Below, in pieces: positions 45,887 through 53,924 of a stretch of 64,000 bases of DNA. Positions within the stretch are counted from its first letter, which is position 1. The number at the start of each line of letters is the position of its first letter. Source of the DNA: Oscillospiraceae bacterium (GTDB lineage: Bacteria; Bacillota; Clostridia; Oscillospirales; CAG-272). Under the pieces are notes generated by a model. It was given only the letters and a program-made list of their open reading frames with translations. It ran no database searches and was not told where the DNA came from. The position numbers were made by a program, and so were the translations under genes. The stretch lies in NCBI GenBank assembly GCA_015065385.1, contig SVQK01000110.1, positions 3,902 to 67,901 of the forward strand, in the 5' to 3' direction.

Positions 45887-45915
45887 TTGCCATCCGCCGA
45901 AATCTGCGCTATAAT
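45887..45915 (+). promoter_or_regulatory. Promoter
   Basis: TTGCCA (45887-45892), a 17-nt spacer, then TATAAT (45910-45915). Confidence 0.5.
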
Positions 45916-45958
45916 AAGCACACAGATCACCGCGATTCTCAAACCGGAGGTACTCCAA

Positions 45959-47683
45959 ATGAAGATACAGTTCGCATACGCCGACCGCGATTTCAAGCAG
46001 GTCGAAGGAAAGGTCCCCTCGCTCGACAGCCGCGCGGTCAAAGGCGCGGAGAAGATCGATACGATCCGCCTGTTCTCCGTGAGAAATTCGTCCGCCGCCT
46101 TCCAGATCGCCGTCCAAGCGGACGAAGACTGCATTCTGAATGTCGGAACCGAACCCTATTTCTCCCAGCACGGTCAGAAGCCCACGCTCCGGATCGCCCT
46201 TGAGTCCGAACTTTCCGGAACCCTCAGCATCCTCGGCCTCACCCTTGCTGAGGATGGACTGCGGCACGCCGACGCCCTGCTCTCCTCACCCGTGCTGGAA
46301 ATCAAGGCCGGGGAAATCCGCACGGTCTACGCCGAGCTTCGCGTACCGGCGGACGCCGCGCCCGGAGATCACGGCTTCACCGTGCGCTTCTATACGCACC
46401 GCATGCTGGAAGCCGAGACCGAAGCGGGATCTTTCTCCGGCGCCGTCGAGGTCTCGAACTACATCCTGCACGACGTGAGGGAGAATAAATTCCACCTCGA
46501 TCTCTGGCAGCATCCCTCGAATCTGGCCCGCAAGGCGGAAACACCCCTTTGGAGCGACGCGCATTTTGCCGTGATCGACCGGTATCTGGCGTCCCTCGGA
46601 GAGCTTGGGCAGAAGGCGGTCACCATCGTCGCCTCCGACGCCCCGTGGAGCGGTCAGGGCTGCGGCGTTTCCAACGAGGACGCGAATATGTTCGAGTACG
46701 GCATCATTCAGACGAAGAAGACCCGGGACGGCTCCATAGAGTGCGATTACCGCGCCATGCAGCGGTACATCGACACGGCGGCAAAGTACGGCATCGACCG
46801 GGAGATCTCGGTTTACGGCCTCTGCAACGTGTGGAGCCAGTGCGGCTTTACCCATCCGGCGGAGGACTACCCGGACGGGGTGCGCATCCGCTATCTTGAT
46901 GAAACGGACGGATGCTACAAGTATATGACCGAGGCCGCCGATATCAAGGCTTACATCGTGAGCCTTGAACAGTACTTCCTCGCCACCGGGCAGATGGACC
47001 GCGTGCGTCTGTCAGCCGATGAACCCGGCGATATCGAACACTATCGCGCGATCCTCCGCCTGCTCCGCGAAATCGCCCCCGCCTTCAAATTCAAGGCCTG
47101 CATCAACCACTCCGAATTCATCGGCGAGTTCGGCGAGGAGGTGTACGACTTTGCGCCGTACATCGGGGGCATGACCGCCGAGTATCCGGTGCTCAGGCGG
47201 TATCAGGAGACGATGCCGGGGAAGCGGTTTCTCTACTACATCTGCTGCGGCCCCGCCTTCCCGAACACCTTCATCACCAGTCCCCTCATCGAGTCGGAAT
47301 ACATGCCCGTGCTGGCCTCCGCGGCGGGATTTGACGGTATGCTCCGGTGGAGCTACAATATCTGGCCCGACCGTCCGAGAGAGGACGCGCGCTACCGTGA
47401 CTGGCGGACCGGCGACACCCACCTCGTCTATCCGCAGGCCGACGGCAGTCCGCTCCTGACGCTGAGATGGAAAGAATTCAAGCGCGGCATCGAGCTGTAC
47501 GAAATTCTCGAAGAGCTGAAAGCGAAGGATCCGGACGCCGCTGCGGAAGCATACGCGATGGTAATGAAGACCGCCGATATCGAAGCCGTCGGAAGAGCAA
47601 AAACGCCGGAGGAGATGTATGTCTCGGATATCGAGGCGTACGACGGAATGGAGAAATTCGCCGCCGGGCGTCTGGCTGAATGA
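45959..47683 (+). CDS. DUF4091 domain protein (GH123-like putative glycosidase)
   Basis: FHLDLWQHP, ..SADEPGD.. and GDTHLVYP...LRWKEFKRGIELYEILEELK resemble the DUF4091/GH123 layout as I recall it. GGAGG RBS before the ATG at 45959. Confidence 0.55.
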   Translation: MKIQFAYADRDFKQVEGKVPSLDSRAVKGAEKIDTIRLFSVRNSSAAFQIAVQADEDCILNVGTEPYFSQHGQKPTLRIALESELSGTLSILGLTLAEDGLRHADALLSSPVLEIKAGEIRTVYAELRVPADAAPGDHGFTVRFYTHRMLEAETEAGSFSGAVEVSNYILHDVRENKFHLDLWQHPSNLARKAETPLWSDAHFAVIDRYLASLGELGQKAVTIVASDAPWSGQGCGVSNEDANMFEYGIIQTKKTRDGSIECDYRAMQRYIDTAAKYGIDREISVYGLCNVWSQCGFTHPAEDYPDGVRIRYLDETDGCYKYMTEAADIKAYIVSLEQYFLATGQMDRVRLSADEPGDIEHYRAILRLLREIAPAFKFKACINHSEFIGEFGEEVYDFAPYIGGMTAEYPVLRRYQETMPGKRFLYYICCGPAFPNTFITSPLIESEYMPVLASAAGFDGMLRWSYNIWPDRPREDARYRDWRTGDTHLVYPQADGSPLLTLRWKEFKRGIELYEILEELKAKDPDAAAEAYAMVMKTADIEAVGRAKTPEEMYVSDIEAYDGMEKFAAGRLAE

Positions 47684-47733
47684 CCCCGCTCTGTCCGGCG
47701 TCGTCGTGAAAGAATCGGCTTACCGTTTTCTGC

Positions 47734-47762
47734 TTGACGTCCGGCTCAGGATGTGATACAAT
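47734..47762 (+). promoter_or_regulatory. Promoter with extended -10
   Basis: TTGACG (47734-47739), a 17-nt spacer, then TGaTACAAT (ends at 47762). Confidence 0.55.
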
Positions 47763-47783
47763 CATATGGGAAATCCAAAACCC

Positions 47784-47819
47784 CGAACGCATCGGAAACG
47801 CTGACACCGTTCGTTTTTT
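47784..47819 (+). terminator. Terminator-like hairpin + T6 inside the 5' leader of the oxidoreductase gene (possible attenuator)
   Basis: CGAACG-18 nt-CGTTCG followed by TTTTTT. It lies between the promoter (47734-47762) and the start codon at 47879. Confidence 0.35.
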
Positions 47820-47878
47820 CAAGGGTACAGAGAAGACGGACAGCCAAAACTTCATCACCATAAACGGAGGGCAAAAAC

Positions 47879-48982
47879 ATGAGCAAACTGCGCACGGTCA
47901 AGGTCGGCATCGTCGGCTGCGGCGGCATCGCCAACGGAAAGCATATGCCGGCGTTACGGAAATGTGAAAATGTGGAAATGATCGCCTTCTGCGATATCAT
48001 TGAGGAGAGAGCGGTCAGAGCGGCGGCCGATTACGGCGTCGAGGGAGCAAAGGTCTTCACCGATTACCGGGATCTCTTGGCCATGAAGGATATCGAGGTC
48101 GTCCATGTGCTGACGCCGAACTACAAGCACGCGGAGATCTCCATCGCCGCGCTGAACGCAGGCAAGCACGTCATGTGCGAAAAGCCCATGGCGACGACTT
48201 ACACAGAAGCCGTGGCCATGTGCGAGGCGGCGGAGAAGAACGGGAAAAAGCTCACGATCGGCTATCAGTCCCGTTCGGAGCCTTCGTATCAGTACGCCCA
48301 CAACCTGATCGCGCAGGGAAAGATCGGAGAGGTCTACTATATCAAAGCTCCGTCCATCCGTCGCCGCGGCGTGCCCACATGGGGCGTCTTCATGGACGAG
48401 GAAAAGCAGGGCGGCGGTCCGATGATCGATATCGGCACCCATTCCATCGACGCGGCGCTGTATGTGGCCAACAACTACGATGTGGCGTCCGTGACCGGGG
48501 TCGTGAACAACAAGCTGAAATACTACGCGAAGGACAACGGATCCTGGGGACCGTGGGGCGAGAACCGGCCCTTTACGGTGGAGGACAGCGCCATGGGCAT
48601 GGTCCGGTTCAAAAACGGCGCCATGATGTATGTGGAAGCCTCGTGGCTCCTGAACGTGCAGGACGGAGGACACCCGACCTTCTGCGGCACCCTCGGCGGC
48701 ATCGAGCTGATGCATGGCGGAGTAGCGATAAACGGCGAAAGACCGGACGAAAACGGACAGATGAAGCTGTTTGACGAGCTTTACAAGCCGACGTCCGCCG
48801 ACCGGACTTACTTCCGCGACGAGCAGCTTTCCTCCTCCGAATACGAAGCGCGCCAGTGGATCCAGGCAGTCGTGGAGGATATCGATCCGATCGTTCTGCC
48901 CGGACAGGCCGCCGTGGTCACGAAAATCATCGAGGCGATCTATCAGAGCGGGCGCAGCGGAAGGACCGTCTATTTTGACTGA
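47879..48982 (+). CDS. Gfo/Idh/MocA family oxidoreductase
   Basis: VKVGIVGCGGIANGKH Rossmann motif, ..EKP.. motif (MCEKPMA). 367 aa. Confidence 0.85.
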   Translation: MSKLRTVKVGIVGCGGIANGKHMPALRKCENVEMIAFCDIIEERAVRAAADYGVEGAKVFTDYRDLLAMKDIEVVHVLTPNYKHAEISIAALNAGKHVMCEKPMATTYTEAVAMCEAAEKNGKKLTIGYQSRSEPSYQYAHNLIAQGKIGEVYYIKAPSIRRRGVPTWGVFMDEEKQGGGPMIDIGTHSIDAALYVANNYDVASVTGVVNNKLKYYAKDNGSWGPWGENRPFTVEDSAMGMVRFKNGAMMYVEASWLLNVQDGGHPTFCGTLGGIELMHGGVAINGERPDENGQMKLFDELYKPTSADRTYFRDEQLSSSEYEARQWIQAVVEDIDPIVLPGQAAVVTKIIEAIYQSGRSGRTVYFD

Positions 48983-49020
48983 TTTCTCCGACCGGAAGAA
49001 CAATGAAGGGCGGTGAAACG

Positions 49021-49845
49021 ATGCTTACCTATTCTGTCTGGTCAAGTTATTTTGTCGAGCTGTCTCCCGAAGACATGGTAAAGGAGTTTGTGAACGCCGG
49101 CTTCACCGCGACGGAGCTCTCGGATGAGCACGGACTCATGCTCCTCTCCCGCGGGAACCCCGAAAAAGGGGGAGCCAAACTGAAAGAATACGCAGGGGAT
49201 CTCGGTTTTTCCTTCCCGCAGGGGCATTTGCTCCTCCGCGCGGATCTCTGTACGGACGGCGCGGCGGAGATTCTCAAACCGTGGCTCGATTTGTTCGTCT
49301 CGCTCGGGATCAGATCCGGAGTGCTTCATGCGGCCGGAGGGGACGCCCTGACTCCGGAAGCGCGGTTCGAGCGGCGCGTCGGAACGCTCACGGAGCTCGC
49401 GGAGTATGTCAAAGGGAGCGATTTCACGATCTGTCTCGAAAACCTGCGCGGCGAGACGAGGCCGGAAACAGCGGAGGACCTGAACGCGCTGATCGACGCA
49501 TCCGGCGGGGACGCGAATCTCGGGATCTGTCTCGATACCGGACACCTGCACATCAAAAGAGAGCGTCAAGAGACACAGGCGGACTTCATCCGGATCGCGG
49601 GAAAGAGGCTGAAAGCGCTCCACATCGCCGACAACGACACTACGAGCGATATGCACCTGATGCCCTACGGCCGCGGCACGATCGACTGGTCCGAAGTCAT
49701 GACCGCCCTCCGCGGCGTCGGATACGACCGCCTCTTCAACCTCGAGATCCCCGGCGAGCGGCGCTGTCCCCTGCCGATCCTGAGGGCAAAGCTCCTGTAC
49801 TGCCGCGCGCTGTGCGAAACCATGCTCTCGTCCGTCGGCCTTTGA
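49021..49845 (+). CDS. Sugar phosphate isomerase/epimerase (xylose isomerase-like TIM barrel)
   Basis: ICLENL and LGICLDTGHLHI metal-site-type motifs. The start is either ATG 49003 or ATG 49021. Confidence 0.75.
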   Translation: MLTYSVWSSYFVELSPEDMVKEFVNAGFTATELSDEHGLMLLSRGNPEKGGAKLKEYAGDLGFSFPQGHLLLRADLCTDGAAEILKPWLDLFVSLGIRSGVLHAAGGDALTPEARFERRVGTLTELAEYVKGSDFTICLENLRGETRPETAEDLNALIDASGGDANLGICLDTGHLHIKRERQETQADFIRIAGKRLKALHIADNDTTSDMHLMPYGRGTIDWSEVMTALRGVGYDRLFNLEIPGERRCPLPILRAKLLYCRALCETMLSSVGL

Positions 49846-50003
49846 CCGCTTCCCCGCACAGGTGATCCGTCCGTACAATCCATAAAGAAACAACGATCCC
49901 CGGCCTTCGAGAAGGAACCGTCTTCCCAAGGCTGAGGATCGTTTTTCGTTTGTCCCCCGGCACCGGTTGGGACAGCATTACTCCATGAACGTTTTCTTCC
50001 GCT

Positions 50004-51278
50004 TCAGAAAGGGAGCTCCATCATCGGCCAGCGCGCTTCGGCGACGTTCAGAACATCGTAGTCGATGCCGTTCTCCCGGAGCTGTCGGATAAACGTCATG
50101 AAGATGTCCTCTCCCTTGAAATACTGCATGAAGTTGAGGAAGAAGTACCCGTGCAGGGCGCTCATCTCCACGGTCAGCGGGACATGCGTGGACGGGAGCG
50201 CGGTGGACGGCAGAACTTCAAATTCCTGTATGAACGGTTCCACGTCTCCGAAATTCGCCTTGCCGACATAGCTGACCGTGGCCGTCAGAGACCGGGAAAT
50301 CGTCTCCATCCGCTCGACACAGCATTTTCTCCGCTCGCCGTGCGTTTTCATCCCTGCAAGGCGGAACATCAGATCCTGATAGTCTCCAATTTCATTCTGC
50401 ACCATATCCTCGTCGGACTGCAGCGTCACCATTCCCCGGAAACAGGTCGCCTGCGCACTGAACGGGAGGTCTCTCATCCTGCGCTGATACGGCAGCCGCA
50501 CGTCCCCCACCAGACTCTGATGCGCAAGAGGGGCGTGAAGTGCCTTTCTCTGATTGACGCAAATAGCGATCACGGGCGGACGGTCCGCGTCCGGGTACAG
50601 CGCGTCTATCGTCCGGGCCAGAAGCAGCGCGACGATGGTAGCCGGGCTTCCGTCGTTCGAGATGTTGAACCGCATGAATTCCTCTTCGGGTATGCGGAGG
50701 TTGTACACGGCGCAGTCGTCGGTCAGCGGAACGACGTCGGCCATCTGAAAGGCGGGTTTATTCCACTTGGGAACGGCGATCCTCCTTCTCTCGGGAAGGG
50801 GGCGTTCTGCCGGATCCTCCCATTCCGCCGGAGCGACGCTGTCCCCGGAAAGCCGGATCCCTTCCGCAGAGAACTCCTTTCCGTACAGATCGGACAGGTA
50901 ATAGAAGAACAGCGTCCGAATCAGCGGATAAATGCCTCCCCCGTCCGTGAGCCCGTGGAAGACATCGATATAGAGCCTGTTCCACGAATAACAGAAGGCC
51001 AGAAGATGCCCCTCCGTCTGTCCGCTCCCGAGTGTGATCCTCTCATGCGTATTCAGAACGGGCACGGGCGCCGGGTTCTCCCCGAAGCGGATCTCGTCCC
51101 CGTCAGCGATCATCCGCACCCGGAAATACGGATACCGCTCCATGGTCTTATCGACCGCCGCGCGGAGAATTCCGCCGTCCACAAGATCCTTCAGCTTGAT
51201 GGTGATGCGGAACGTGTGAGGATCCGCCTCCGTTGTCTCATATATGGTTCTCAGCTCTGAGTATAGGGTCCGGCTCAT
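50004..51278 (-). CDS. Stand-alone condensation/CAT-superfamily-like acyltransferase (HxxxDG motif), function unknown
   Basis: DVFHGLTDGGG matches the HxxxDG catalytic motif of NRPS C-domain/PapA5/WS-DGAT-type enzymes. The 424-aa size fits a single C-like domain. Confidence 0.5.
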   Translation of the reverse strand: MSRTLYSELRTIYETTEADPHTFRITIKLKDLVDGGILRAAVDKTMERYPYFRVRMIADGDEIRFGENPAPVPVLNTHERITLGSGQTEGHLLAFCYSWNRLYIDVFHGLTDGGGIYPLIRTLFFYYLSDLYGKEFSAEGIRLSGDSVAPAEWEDPAERPLPERRRIAVPKWNKPAFQMADVVPLTDDCAVYNLRIPEEEFMRFNISNDGSPATIVALLLARTIDALYPDADRPPVIAICVNQRKALHAPLAHQSLVGDVRLPYQRRMRDLPFSAQATCFRGMVTLQSDEDMVQNEIGDYQDLMFRLAGMKTHGERRKCCVERMETISRSLTATVSYVGKANFGDVEPFIQEFEVLPSTALPSTHVPLTVEMSALHGYFFLNFMQYFKGEDIFMTFIRQLRENGIDYDVLNVAEARWPMMELPF

Positions 51279-51316
51279 GGCGCAGCGCTCCGTTTCGTAT
51301 TGTGATCGACGGCACT

Positions 51317-51346
51317 ATCTTACCACAGCGATCCCGTTTCTGTCAA
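51317..51346 (-). promoter_or_regulatory. Promoter for the HxxxDG acyltransferase-like gene
   Basis: On the minus strand: TTGACA, an 18-nt spacer, then TGgTAAGAT. Confidence 0.45.
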
Positions 51347-51461
51347 GAACCGCGGCCGATCCTGTTCCATGGTCGAGTCTGCATATGACCATGTCCCCGT
51401 CGTCCCGTCGGAAATGCGGCTGTTCTCCTATAAAAGTTCCCCGCTTTCGTCTGGATAAACC

Positions 51462-52400
51462 TCAGCCGTTCCCCTTCCCCGCTTTTTTCAAGGCGTCGTA
51501 TGTTTCCGACATCCATTCGCCGTAGGAATCGTAAGGGGTCTCTGTCCACCGGTCGAGCAGTTTGTTCAGGGTCATTCTGTCCTCTTCGATACCGGCGCTT
51601 TCATACTGCTCCGGATCGCGGTTGACCGTCACAATGTGGCGCTGATCTTTGCGGAAATCGATCCGGTAGACGCAGTACCCCGTCCAGCTGCGGTGCGCCC
51701 AGAGGACGGAGCCTTCCATATACCAGAACCACTTATCTCCCATATCTTCGGGAATATGGCCCCGGCGAAGCGCATCCATTTCGTCGTCGCTGAAAGAACG
51801 GGCAAGCACAAAGTACTCCGTTTTCCCGGGCATGGGCTTCGTCTTCCAGTCGCCGCGTCCGGCCGCCGCAAGCGCTCCCGCCCCTGCCCTGCGAACTGCC
51901 TCTTTTCCCGCTTTGAGCACATGATCGTCCAGAACGGCAAAGACGATATGCACCGCGGCTTCCCTGTGCTCCGCGATGTACTCCGCACAGGCCGCGACGG
52001 CGTCCGCCCACGCCTTGTTCACGGGATAGCCGTAGATCCCAGACGATATCAGCGGAAATCCTATGCTTCCGCAGCGGTTGATCCGCGCCAAATCCAGGGC
52101 GTTTTTATAGGCGCTTTTCAGCTTTTCCGGCTCGCCGTGATTTCCGTCGATCCAAATCGGACCGACGGCGTGAATCACATACCGCGCCTTCAGATCGAAG
52201 CCGGGCGTGATGACCGCCCCGCCGGTATCGCAGTGTCCGATTGCGTCGCAGGCTGCCCGCATCTTCTGATATCCCGCCGCCCGAAAGATCGCTCCGCACA
52301 CGCCGCCTCCCGCCGCAAGGGCTTCATTGGCCGCATTGACGACAGCATCCGTATCCAGATCGACGATGCTTGTTTTTCTGATCTCGATCATGCTTTTCAT
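51462..52400 (-). CDS. Macro domain (MacroD/YmdB-type ADP-ribose-binding/deacylase-like) fused to a ~140-aa C-terminal domain of unknown function
   Basis: DAVVNAANEALAAGGGVCGAIFRAAG, HAVGP and IGFPLISSGIYGYP macro motifs. I do not recognise the C-terminal ..GDKWFWYMEGSVLWAHRSWTGYCVYRIDF.. domain. Start at ATG 52400 (GGAGG RBS). Confidence 0.8.
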   Translation of the reverse strand: MKSMIEIRKTSIVDLDTDAVVNAANEALAAGGGVCGAIFRAAGYQKMRAACDAIGHCDTGGAVITPGFDLKARYVIHAVGPIWIDGNHGEPEKLKSAYKNALDLARINRCGSIGFPLISSGIYGYPVNKAWADAVAACAEYIAEHREAAVHIVFAVLDDHVLKAGKEAVRRAGAGALAAAGRGDWKTKPMPGKTEYFVLARSFSDDEMDALRRGHIPEDMGDKWFWYMEGSVLWAHRSWTGYCVYRIDFRKDQRHIVTVNRDPEQYESAGIEEDRMTLNKLLDRWTETPYDSYGEWMSETYDALKKAGKGNG

Positions 52401-52507
52401 AAACAGCCTCCGGTGCGCATTCTCCTTCCGCAAGTAAGATTCCGCACACACATCGCAAACTTCTGCCGCTTCGTTCCAACCGGCGACTTGCCGTCATTGG
52501 CAAGCTG

Positions 52508-52924
52508 TCATTCATACGCCAGCAGATTCCCAAGCGGAACTGTGAACCCAAGCGCCTTGTACATGTCCACGTCACAGTCCGCGCAGCCGACCGTCAGAGA
52601 GGAAACACCGCTTTCCCCGTACGCAAACCGCACCAGCCGACGCGCTATCCCCCGATGCCGATACTCAGGACGTATATAGAAATCCTCCAATACGCCGCTC
52701 GGTTTGTAATCAAAAGTCGAGAAGCCGACTGTCACCGAGCAGCAGCCGATCAGCGTCTTTTCGCTCCAAACGCCGTAGAAGAAAATGCTCTCCCTGCCGA
52801 CGGCATCCGCCAGACGCTCTTTTGCGCCGTACTCCGGTCCGTCCTCTCCGATTTCCGCCTTGTAGCGCTTTTGAAGCTCCCACAAAGCGTCGATTTCAGA
52901 AGGATCGATTTTTCTGTACTCCAT
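52508..52924 (-). CDS. GNAT family N-acetyltransferase (138 aa)
   Basis: Motif A, YRHRGIARRLV. Confidence 0.8.
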   Translation of the reverse strand: MEYRKIDPSEIDALWELQKRYKAEIGEDGPEYGAKERLADAVGRESIFFYGVWSEKTLIGCCSVTVGFSTFDYKPSGVLEDFYIRPEYRHRGIARRLVRFAYGESGVSSLTVGCADCDVDMYKALGFTVPLGNLLAYE

Positions 52925-53038
52925 AAATCTCCTTTCCGGATCGTTTTATTCTGTATGTTTCAAATTTCGGCATATGCGGACATTCTTCCTCTTTCCTTCC
53001 GAAAAAACAACTTTGTTCATACTCTCTTAACAACCATA

Positions 53039-53047
53039 TGGTATAAT
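53039..53047 (+). promoter_or_regulatory. Extended -10 promoter element (TGgTATAAT) for the small peptide gene
   Basis: Read directly. It lies 65 nt upstream of the ATG at 53112. The -35 is poor. Confidence 0.5.
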
Positions 53048-53111
53048 AGAATTGAATCAATCCCATGGGAACACCAGTCGGAAACCCAAACCTTTCAAAG
53101 GAGGAAACTGT

Positions 53112-53393
53112 ATGGACAGCAAAAAGCTCGAGGAGCTCACCCGTGAGATGTTCGGAGACAAGGCAAAGAAGCTCTCGCTCAGCGATCTGGAGGGCGTTTC
53201 GGGCGGCGTGATCGAGGAAGATCAGGTCGAAGGTCTCAAATCCTGGCTCTCTTTTGCCAAGTCAAGCGGCGCTACCAAGGAGCAGTGCGTCACCTTTGCG
53301 CCGCTCTATCTTCCGCAGATCAATAAGATGTACCCGAACGTCACGCTGGTGGATATCCGGGACTTCATCAACACATACTATGAGTCTGTCTGA
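53112..53393 (+). CDS. 93-aa peptide precursor with a double-glycine (GG) leader
   Basis: MDSKKLEELTREMFGDKAKKLSLSDLEGVSGG | VIEEDQ... The segment LSLSDLEGVSGG fits the LSxxELxxIxGG consensus at positions -12, -11, -8, -7, -4, -2 and -1. AAAGGAGG RBS 7 nt upstream, its own promoter and a strong terminator. Confidence 0.7.
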   Translation: MDSKKLEELTREMFGDKAKKLSLSDLEGVSGGVIEEDQVEGLKSWLSFAKSSGATKEQCVTFAPLYLPQINKMYPNVTLVDIRDFINTYYESV

Positions 53394-53494
53394 TCAGGCA
53401 GATCCCCGCCGCTGAAGTCCGTTTCCAGGGAACGTGCACAGTCAGATCCCGCGTGAGAACAGGACAGCAGCTGCTGCGGTACGGAAAGCCGGCC

Positions 53495-53556
53495 AAAAAA
53501 ACGAAATCGTAAAGGAATGCTGACAGAATCACATCCTTGAACGGTTTCGTTTTTTG
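53495..53556. terminator. Long-stem bidirectional Rho-independent terminator
   Basis: A7, then ACGAAATCGT..AAGGA..loop..TCCTT..ACGGTTTCGT, then T6. Confidence 0.75.
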
Positions 53557-53620
53557 CGTTTCAGAAGGGGTTGGCATCCTTCCGAAGGCAGTCCCGGCTC
53601 CGCGTCATCTGCGGGTTCTG

Positions 53621-53899
53621 ATACTAATCTCAAGCTAAAAGGGAAACGCGGCTTTCTTTCGGATGAAAGCTCGCTCAACAAGTTGAGCTGGCAAAGAACT
53701 TAATGGGGAGGAGGTAATGGATAGGCTATACCAATCAAGTGAAGCTGAGGCTTCGGCACACCAATATAGCTATCCAACCTTATCAGAATTATCGCACGCG
53801 ATGCTCACCCGCTCAACAAGTTGAGCAAGAAGGCCGTTCGCCTCCTACATGGAGCGATCAAAACCCATATAGTTTAGCTTTTTGGGCTGAGAATAGTAT
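53621..53899 (-). mobile_element. MITE-like repeat, copy B (inverted relative to copy A)
   Basis: Its reverse complement aligns end to end with 43389-43668, with roughly 9 of 10 positions identical by eye. One terminal 69 nt is identical. It ends 25 nt from the stop codon of the GH89 gene. Confidence 0.6.
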
Positions 53900-53924
53900 G
53901 ACCCGTCCGATGTCCTTATCCCGC

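Noticed and set aside
51462-52924. DarT/DarG-like or GNAT-type toxin-antitoxin reading of the GNAT + macro-domain pair
   Set aside because: The macro domain has MacroD/YmdB-type motifs rather than a DarG-like context, and no DarT-like ORF is present. No small RHH/antitoxin ORF accompanies the GNAT, and the genes are 107 nt apart.
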